From Acidobacteriota bacterium (lineage in GTDB: Bacteria; Acidobacteriota; UBA6911; RPQK01; JAJDTT01), in NCBI GenBank assembly GCA_965217775.1, contig CBDCJH010000002.1:320001-384000 (forward strand): a stretch of DNA of 64,000 nucleotides, read 5' to 3'. Below the pieces are notes generated by a model, which searched no databases, was not told where the DNA came from, and saw only the letters and a program-made list of their open reading frames with translations. Positions 57,398 to 64,000 of this stretch are shown here, piece by piece. The position numbers were made by a program, and so were the translations under genes. How positions within the stretch are numbered: the first letter of the stretch is position 1; each line of letters opens with the position of its first letter.

Positions 57398-57828
57398 TAG
57401 CCGCCGACACCAATATTCTTGTCTACGCTCACCGCGCCGACTCCGAATGGCACGGTCCCGCGAAATTCTGCCTGGAGTCCCTTGCCCAAGGTCGGGTGAG
57501 TTGGGGATTGCCGTGGCCGTGTATTCACGAGTTTCTGGCCATTGTGACCCATCCGCGAATCTACGATCCACCGTCAACGATCTCCGAAGCATTTGGCCAG
57601 GTCAATGCGTGGCTGGAATCCCCGGTTGCACAACTGCTTACGGAAACCGAGACGCACTGGAATCTCCTCAAAAAACAGATCGAGAACGGAAGAGTGAGAG
57701 GAGCCATGGTGCACGATGCAAGGATCGCGGCGATTTGTATCGGCTCTGGTGTCACGGAGTTTTGGACGGTCGACCGGGACTTCAGCCGTTTTCCCAGCTT
57801 GGTTACTCGGAATCCGTTGCAGGTCTGA
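57394..57828 (+). CDS. VapC PIN-domain toxin
   Basis: IAADTNILVYAH, EFLAIVTHPR, VHDARIAA, DRDFSRF. Confidence 0.9.
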   Translation: MIAADTNILVYAHRADSEWHGPAKFCLESLAQGRVSWGLPWPCIHEFLAIVTHPRIYDPPSTISEAFGQVNAWLESPVAQLLTETETHWNLLKKQIENGRVRGAMVHDARIAAICIGSGVTEFWTVDRDFSRFPSLVTRNPLQV

Positions 57829-57902
57829 ATTCCATGGGGCTGGACATTCTACTCGTTTCTTTTGGGACTGAAGGGAACTGGGATGCGATCGTGTCTCGGG
57901 TC

Positions 57903-58517
57903 TTACGGCAAGGCGTGCTCAAGGGTTGCGAACAGCCGGTCGCAGCTTCGACAACGTTGTCGCACTGTATGAGGGGCGAGCCTCTTGAGTAGGTCGGACG
58001 CGTGATGAATCTTGTGATATGGGCCTTTCCGCGTTTTGCGAGTCGCATTGTGCAAAGCCGTCGCCACGCTGGCTTTGGGCTCCACTTCCAGATCGTTGCG
58101 CTGAGGTAACGCAGCATCACGAAAACCCTGCCCGTAAAAGTTCGCGAGCGCGTCAACGTCGGCGACGATCCAGGTCTCCATGGTCTGAATCATCAGATGA
58201 ACCATCTTTTCCTTCGTGGGTCGGAGATCCCAATGGGGATCGCGGAACTTGAGGTGTTGCAATACAGGTTGGGTTACGGGGCCTTCAGCATCTATGAGCA
58301 ATATCGCTACAGCATGTTCTCCGTCTTGGACAGCACGCCGAAACCGGTCGAACGTCGCGTCGCGACCGCCCCAACAGGCGAATTTCCACTGCCAGGAGGC
58401 TTCTCTTGCCCGCTGCTTCACGCTTATGAGGAATTGTTCCATTCCCTGGCGCAACGCGGCGCGACCGGAGGATTTTGAGGGGCCACCGCCCTCCATGTAG
58501 ATCCCTATGCTGCTCAT
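57903..58517 (-). CDS. DUF4276-family (TOPRIM-like) protein
   Basis: IYMEGGG, LLIDAE, HLMIQTMETWIVAD, YHKIHH; ATGA overlap with the ATPase. Confidence 0.78.
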   Translation of the reverse strand: MSSIGIYMEGGGPSKSSGRAALRQGMEQFLISVKQRAREASWQWKFACWGGRDATFDRFRRAVQDGEHAVAILLIDAEGPVTQPVLQHLKFRDPHWDLRPTKEKMVHLMIQTMETWIVADVDALANFYGQGFRDAALPQRNDLEVEPKASVATALHNATRKTRKGPYHKIHHASDLLKRLAPHTVRQRCRSCDRLFATLEHALP

Positions 58518-59659
58518 GGATTGGCGCCAATCTCTCCCATACGCCAGAGATCTCCTAATTGGTACTCGCGGAGCCAATTTTGGAGCCTTTCCGGGTCCAG
58601 CCGGCGGAGAGTTGTGTTCAGATTCGGCTTTTCACAAGCGACAATGGCGTCCGGTTGGTTCGTCAGCGCCGAAACGAGCGCGTCGGAATGCGTTGTCACT
58701 ATGACCTGCATTCGGCTGGACGCCTCTACTAGGAGATCCGCAACTATGGTCAGTGCGTCCGGGTGCAAGCCCAGTTCCGGCTCTTCGATGCAGACCAGAG
58801 ACGGAGGATTGGGAGTCAACAGGGTTGCCAGAATGGCGATGAACCGAAGAGTGCCATCGGACAGCCGGGCGGCGGAAATGGGTGTGGACAGGCCCGTCTC
58901 ATGCAGAAAGAACTGCACGGTATTCCCGGACACCAGCGTCGACATCCTGTCGAATCTGGGCAGAAAGCGCTTCAACAGGTGGTTGAAGACTTGCCCGTCC
59001 GCGTGCTCGATCTGCAAGAGGATGAGAGCCAAGTTGCTGGCATCGGGCAGAAGGTGATTGTCGGGAAGATCGGCGCGTTGCGGCTGGCGAAGGTGGGTAT
59101 AGCGCCCGAATGTCCACTCGCGGAAAGTCTGAATGGAGCCGAAGATCTGGCTTAACGGAGCAATCAGATATGGTTCCGGATGTTGCGAAAGTATGGACTG
59201 ACCCGACTGAAACGACATCTCTACGGGAAAGGTCCCGTATGGGGCATGACACGTGAGTGTGCCGTCTGGGGCTCGATGCAGGGAGACGACATCGTCCTCC
59301 CTCGTGGACGGGTCTGTTTCAACGGATTCCTCAACGATCCGGACACGATGACGCAGGACTGAGAAAATGATCCGATGTCGGATCGTTTTCTGCGTCGGAC
59401 CTTCGACGGTAGTGTCCAGAGTGGCTGCCGCCGCGCCGCCCTCGCCTTTCCAGAGCCACTCCTGAGCGCCGCCGCCGTCACGAATAGCCGCCGCAAAGTC
59501 CCTGGGTGTTGCGCGCAGGAGCTCCAGCGCTTCCACGACGTTGGATTTTCCCGCCCCGTTCGGACCGATCAGGACATTGAGGTCGCGCAGGTCGAACCTC
59601 TCCGACCCGGGGCCGAACGAGAGGAAATTGTCGAGGCGGATGCTCTGAATCGTCCTCAT
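58514..59659 (-). CDS. AAA_21-type ABC-family ATPase
   Basis: NFLSFG, IGPNGAGKSN, LSDGTLR, IEEPELGLHPD, TTHS. Confidence 0.88.
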   Translation of the reverse strand: MRTIQSIRLDNFLSFGPGSERFDLRDLNVLIGPNGAGKSNVVEALELLRATPRDFAAAIRDGGGAQEWLWKGEGGAAAATLDTTVEGPTQKTIRHRIIFSVLRHRVRIVEESVETDPSTREDDVVSLHRAPDGTLTCHAPYGTFPVEMSFQSGQSILSQHPEPYLIAPLSQIFGSIQTFREWTFGRYTHLRQPQRADLPDNHLLPDASNLALILLQIEHADGQVFNHLLKRFLPRFDRMSTLVSGNTVQFFLHETGLSTPISAARLSDGTLRFIAILATLLTPNPPSLVCIEEPELGLHPDALTIVADLLVEASSRMQVIVTTHSDALVSALTNQPDAIVACEKPNLNTTLRRLDPERLQNWLREYQLGDLWRMGEIGANP

Positions 59660-59880
59660 TCAAAACTCCAGGATACAGCACGACTTGGCTTGTCTTTGCT
59701 ACTCGGCGTGCTGGTAATGCAAGTCATGACTGTCCGGGACTCGTACCTTTCCCAACTGGTCTTCCATATTGTTGGACACATTTTAACCTGAATCGACTTG
59801 CGGAGTTGAGTTGGGTGATCGTGCCACGCGGCGTTCATTGGCCCCGGATCGAGGTGCGTGCTAACCTGCCTGCGGTTCCC

Positions 59881-61026
59881 ATGAAATCGTTCGTCTTCGA
59901 GGCTTCCACCCGGCTGATCTTCGGTGAGGGTTCGGTCCGCAAGTTGGCTCCGGCCGCGCGGGAACTGGGATTTCAACGGACGCTGCTGGTCTCGGACCCG
60001 GGACTGGTGGAATCGGGTCACGTCGAGACGGTCACCGGGATCCTTGCCGAGTCCGGAGTCCAAGTGCTTGGATTCCATGACTTCGGACCCGATCCGGACT
60101 CACGAATGGTGGAAAGAGGCGCCAAGTACGCTCGGCCTTTGGAAGTCGACTCAATGGTGGGCCTCGGAGGGGGCAGTTCCATGGACTGCGCCAAGGGGAT
60201 CAACTTCCTGCTCAGAGGTGGGGGAAGGATCCAGGACTACCGGGGATACGGCCGAATTCAGGGCAGGATGTTGCCCATGATCGGGATTCCCACGACCACC
60301 GGGACCGGTAGCGAAGCCCAGTCGTACGCCATCATCGCGGACGCTCGAACTCACGTGAAAATGGCCTGCGGCGACGCTCAAGCCGCTTTTCGAGTCGCCA
60401 TACTCGACCCCTGCCTGACCCTTTCCCAACCGGCCGCCGTCACCAGCGCCACGGGATTCGACGCCCTCTCCCACGCGGTGGAGTCGTATTGCAGCAAGCG
60501 GAGCACTCCTCTTTCCCAGTCCTTCTCCCGCGAAGCCTGGTGGCTGTTGGAACGGAACTACGAGCGGGTGCTGCGCGACCCCACGGACCTGGCAGCCCGG
60601 GGTGCGATGCAGTTGGGTGCCTTCTATGCCGGGCTGGCCATCGAGAACTCCTCGGTGGGTGCGGCCCATGCCTGCGCCAATCCCCTGTCGGCCCGGTATC
60701 GGACGCCCCACGGAGTCGCCATCGGCCTGCTGCTGTCGCCGGTCATCCGCTGGACGGGCAGGGCAGCTGAGTCCGCTTATGGGGATCTGATCCACCTTTC
60801 CGGCGGCAACTCCTGGAAGGGCAGTAGTGCTTCCGAGTCTCTGGCCCAAAGGTTGGACGAATTGGCCGCGTTGGCCCAGCTCCCCCGGGAACTGCGGAGC
60901 GAGGGCGTTGCGGAGGGGGATCTGGAAGGTTTGGCGTCGGACGCCTCCCGTCACTGGACCGTGGAGTTCAATCCGCGGCTACTCACCTCCCTGGACGCCA
61001 TGGAGATCTACAGGGAGGCTTGGTAA
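59881..61026 (+). CDS. Iron-containing alcohol dehydrogenase
   Basis: GLGGGSSMDCAK, PTTTGTGSE, DALSHAVE, GAAH, PHG. Confidence 0.92.
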   Translation: MKSFVFEASTRLIFGEGSVRKLAPAARELGFQRTLLVSDPGLVESGHVETVTGILAESGVQVLGFHDFGPDPDSRMVERGAKYARPLEVDSMVGLGGGSSMDCAKGINFLLRGGGRIQDYRGYGRIQGRMLPMIGIPTTTGTGSEAQSYAIIADARTHVKMACGDAQAAFRVAILDPCLTLSQPAAVTSATGFDALSHAVESYCSKRSTPLSQSFSREAWWLLERNYERVLRDPTDLAARGAMQLGAFYAGLAIENSSVGAAHACANPLSARYRTPHGVAIGLLLSPVIRWTGRAAESAYGDLIHLSGGNSWKGSSASESLAQRLDELAALAQLPRELRSEGVAEGDLEGLASDASRHWTVEFNPRLLTSLDAMEIYREAW

Positions 61027-61069
61027 TGGCCGTCGCAACTATCCCTGACGGGGGACGGAGCGTGCCTTC

Positions 61070-63286
61070 ATGAGACCGGTTCTGACGCTGCTTCTGGTTC
61101 TGCTGGGAGGCGCTACGCAGGTCTGCTCGGCCGGCGTCGAGGAAGCCTCCAAAGGCCGATCCAACCGGCTGATCCAGGAGAAGAGCCCCTACCTTCTGCA
61201 ACACGCCTACAACCCGGTGGACTGGTACCCGTGGGGCGAGGAGGCCTTCCGGTTGGCCCGGGAAGAGAACCGTCCCATCTTTCTCTCCGTCGGCTACTCG
61301 ACCTGCTACTGGTGCCACGTGATGGAGCGGGAGGTGTTCGAGGATCCCGGCATCGCGGACCTCATGAACCGGTACTTCGTCAACATCAAGGTGGATCGGG
61401 AAGAACGTCCCGACGTGGATCGAATCTACATGTCGGCGTTGCTGGCTCTCGCCGGGAGTGGGGGCTGGCCCATGTCCATGTTCCTGACGCCCGAGCTGGA
61501 ACCCTTTTTCGGGCGGACCTACGTTCCGCCGGAGACCTTTCAGGCACTCATCGACCGGATTCACGAAGTCTGGGTCAAGCATCCGGACGACATCGCCAAG
61601 TCGGGCCGGCAACTCACCGAGTTCCTCCGGGAGCAGGCTCGGGTGGAGGCCGGCGATGCGCCCGTGGAGGTGTCGATTCTCAAGCAGGGGTACGAATCCA
61701 TTCGAGCCGGCTACGACGAAACCTACGGCGGCTTCGGACGCGGGAACAAGTTTCCCCGGCCCGTGGTGTTCAACTTTCTGCTCCGGTATCACCGGAGGGA
61801 GGCCGAGAGCCGGTCTCTGGAAATGACCTTGACCACGTTGAAACGGATGGCGACCAGTGGGATTTTCGACCACCTGGAGGGTGGCTTTCACCGCTACTCG
61901 GTGGACCGCCAGTGGCGGGTCCCCCACTTCGAGAAGATGCTCTACGATCAGGCCCAACTGGTGAACTCCTACCTGGAGGCCTACCAGTTGACCCGAAATC
62001 CGCTCTTCGCCTCCATAGCCCGGAGGACTCTGGATTACGTGAGTCGGCGGCTCACCCACCCGCCCGGGGGGTTCTATTCCGCCGAGGACGCCGAGAGCGC
62101 TCCCGATCCGTCCCAGCCCAAGCGGAAACGGGAGGGCGCCTTCTACGTCTGGACCAAGGCGGAACTGGACCGGATCCTGGGTCCGGAGAAGGGAGCCGTA
62201 TTCGCCCACAGCTTCGGAGTCGAGCCGGACGGGAACGCTCCGAGCGACCCGCACCAGGTATTCGTGAACCAGAACATTCTCTACCGGGCACATTCCCTGG
62301 AGGAGACGGCGCGCAAGTTCAAGCAGTCTCCGGACCAGGTGGATTCGGTACTCCGAGAGTCTCAGCGCCGGCTGCTCCGGACCCGGGACCGGCGGGTGAG
62401 GCCCCATCTGGACGACAAGATCCTGGTCTCGTGGAACGGCCTCATGATTTCCGCCTTCGCCCGGGCCCACCAGGTCCTGGGGGAGTCCGAATATTTGGGG
62501 CAGGCCCGTCGGGCGGCGGACTTCCTCCTGAAACATCTCTACCAGCAGGAGACGGGACGGCTTCTGAGGCGTTACCGGGAGGGGGAAGCCCGGTTCGAGG
62601 GGCACCTGGAAGACTACGCGTTCCTGGTGACGGGTCTCATCGACCTCTACCAGGCCGGTTCCGACATCCGTGACCTGAAGCGGTCCATGGAGCTGATGGA
62701 GGCGGCCGTCGACCTTTTCTACGACCAGGAAACGGGGGCCTTCTTCGACACCTCGGGACGAGACGCGTCGCTGATCCTGCGGACCCGGGACGACTACGAC
62801 TCGGCCGAGCCCACGGGGAACTCGGTCGCCGTCTGGAACCTCCTGCGCCTGGCGGAGATGACCCACCATCCGGAGTGGAAGAGACTGGCCGAGGCGTCCC
62901 TGAAGCATTTCGGGAACCGGTTGCGGGAGCATCCCCAAGCCCTGCCCCACATGCTCGCTGCCCTCGATTTCCATTTGGGCACTCCGAAGCAGGTGGTCCT
63001 GGCGGGCGAACCGTCGGCCGGCGCGATGCGGACTCTGCTCGACGTGGTCCATTCCACCTACGTTCCCAACAAGGTTCTCCTCTTTGCCGACGGTGGAACC
63101 GGACAGGAGTACCTCGGGAGGAGCAACCCGGCCATCCGGGCCATGATTCCCGCCGGAGGGAAGGCGACCGCCTACGTCTGCGAGAATTACGTCTGTCAGC
63201 TGCCCACCTCGGACCCGGTGGTCCTGGCCCGTCAACTCGAGGGAGGACCGGCGGCGCCCGGCAAAATACCCTCTGCGACCCGGTGA
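61070..63286 (+). CDS. YyaL/SPATA20-like thioredoxin domain protein
   Basis: [58 protein letters not shown]. Confidence 0.93.
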   Translation: MRPVLTLLLVLLGGATQVCSAGVEEASKGRSNRLIQEKSPYLLQHAYNPVDWYPWGEEAFRLAREENRPIFLSVGYSTCYWCHVMEREVFEDPGIADLMNRYFVNIKVDREERPDVDRIYMSALLALAGSGGWPMSMFLTPELEPFFGRTYVPPETFQALIDRIHEVWVKHPDDIAKSGRQLTEFLREQARVEAGDAPVEVSILKQGYESIRAGYDETYGGFGRGNKFPRPVVFNFLLRYHRREAESRSLEMTLTTLKRMATSGIFDHLEGGFHRYSVDRQWRVPHFEKMLYDQAQLVNSYLEAYQLTRNPLFASIARRTLDYVSRRLTHPPGGFYSAEDAESAPDPSQPKRKREGAFYVWTKAELDRILGPEKGAVFAHSFGVEPDGNAPSDPHQVFVNQNILYRAHSLEETARKFKQSPDQVDSVLRESQRRLLRTRDRRVRPHLDDKILVSWNGLMISAFARAHQVLGESEYLGQARRAADFLLKHLYQQETGRLLRRYREGEARFEGHLEDYAFLVTGLIDLYQAGSDIRDLKRSMELMEAAVDLFYDQETGAFFDTSGRDASLILRTRDDYDSAEPTGNSVAVWNLLRLAEMTHHPEWKRLAEASLKHFGNRLREHPQALPHMLAALDFHLGTPKQVVLAGEPSAGAMRTLLDVVHSTYVPNKVLLFADGGTGQEYLGRSNPAIRAMIPAGGKATAYVCENYVCQLPTSDPVVLARQLEGGPAAPGKIPSATR

Positions 63287-63296
63287 GAAACTCAGA

Positions 63297-64000
63297 CTAG
63301 CGGCGGCCGCAGCACTTCTTGTACTTCTTGCCGCTACCGCAGAGGCAGGGATCGTTTCGTCCGGGGCGGCGTCTTCCCTGAACTGCCAGATCCTGCCGCC
63401 GGACCCAGGTCATGACGTTGGCTGGGGCTCGTCCCTGACGAAGCTCTCCCGCCATGAAACGCATATAGGGGTCGATATGCCCGAAGAAGAGTTTGTATCC
63501 GGCGCAGAGGTAGTTGAGCCCCTCCTCCCCCTGGGGTGTCCGGATGAAGCGGTGCTTGGGACACTCGCCGTTGCAGGCGAACCGGACCTCGCATTCCCGG
63601 CAGTAGCGGGGGAGGAGGTCCCGCTTGTTCTGGCCGAAACGGACCTGGCTGGAGGAGGTGACCAGGGACCCCATGGGGTCCTCCATGATGTTGCCCAGGA
63701 GGTTTTCGGGGTAGACGTAGTGGTCGCAGGAATAGAGGTCTCCGTTGTGTTCCAGGGCCAGGGCCGTGCCGCAGGTCTCGCGGAAGACACACAAGCTGGC
63801 GCTCATACCCATCCAACTCTCCAGGGCCACGTCGAAGATCTGCACGTAATACCGGCCCACGTCCCGCCGCACCCACTCGTCGAAAATGGTGCAGAGGAAC
63901 TTGCCGTACTGGACCGCTTCCACCGACCAGGGCGTCACCCGGGACGGCTCCCCCGAATCCGGGGAAATCAGCACCAGGCCGGCGTCGTCCGGCTGGTCCG
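63297..64000 (-). CDS. Anaerobic sulfatase maturase (radical SAM SPASM + SEC-C), 5' partial
   Basis: CVFRETCG..EHNGDLYSCDHYV, CRECEVRFACNGECPKHR, NYLCAGY, GRNDPCLCGSGKKYKKCCG. Confidence 0.9.
   Translation of the reverse strand, partial: DQPDDAGLVLISPDSGEPSRVTPWSVEAVQYGKFLCTIFDEWVRRDVGRYYVQIFDVALESWMGMSASLCVFRETCGTALALEHNGDLYSCDHYVYPENLLGNIMEDPMGSLVTSSSQVRFGQNKRDLLPRYCRECEVRFACNGECPKHRFIRTPQGEEGLNYLCAGYKLFFGHIDPYMRFMAGELRQGRAPANVMTWVRRQDLAVQGRRRPGRNDPCLCGSGKKYKKCCGRR

Overview
High-GC bacterial chromosomal window, most likely Acidobacteriota (inferred from GWxTD, PVC-type CxxCH, CRTAC1/ASPIC and mqnC genes). A housekeeping and catabolic backbone (argR-G-H-F, metK, mqnC, form II-like coxG-S-L-M-D-E-mocA plus xdhC, three SSS symporters, a PotABCD-like ABC transporter, map, hydrolases) is interrupted by three accessory islets. 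(1) 1-8.4 kb: the end of an SMC/TrlF-like ATPase, then a 4.45 kb IS1595-family element (24-bp perfect TIRs) carrying a putative type II R-M pair, a GrlR-like gene and a nested frameshifted IS110 with a strongly structured left end (bridge RNA candidate), followed by an ISAs1 with an N-terminal DUF4338-like domain. (2) 25-29.6 kb: brnTA plus a 3.1 kb cassette bounded by duplicated brnA and methyltransferase 3' ends. It encodes an MqsR-like toxin (split by a MITE), an MqsA-like antitoxin with a C-terminal tail and a KGGVGR-type ATPase-TPR protein, and is the best candidate here for an undescribed tripartite system. (3) 57-59.7 kb: vapBC plus an AAA-ATPase/DUF4276 pair. A 158-bp MITE occurs three times with different 4-bp target duplications. 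All family assignments come from motifs read by eye; no database search was run.
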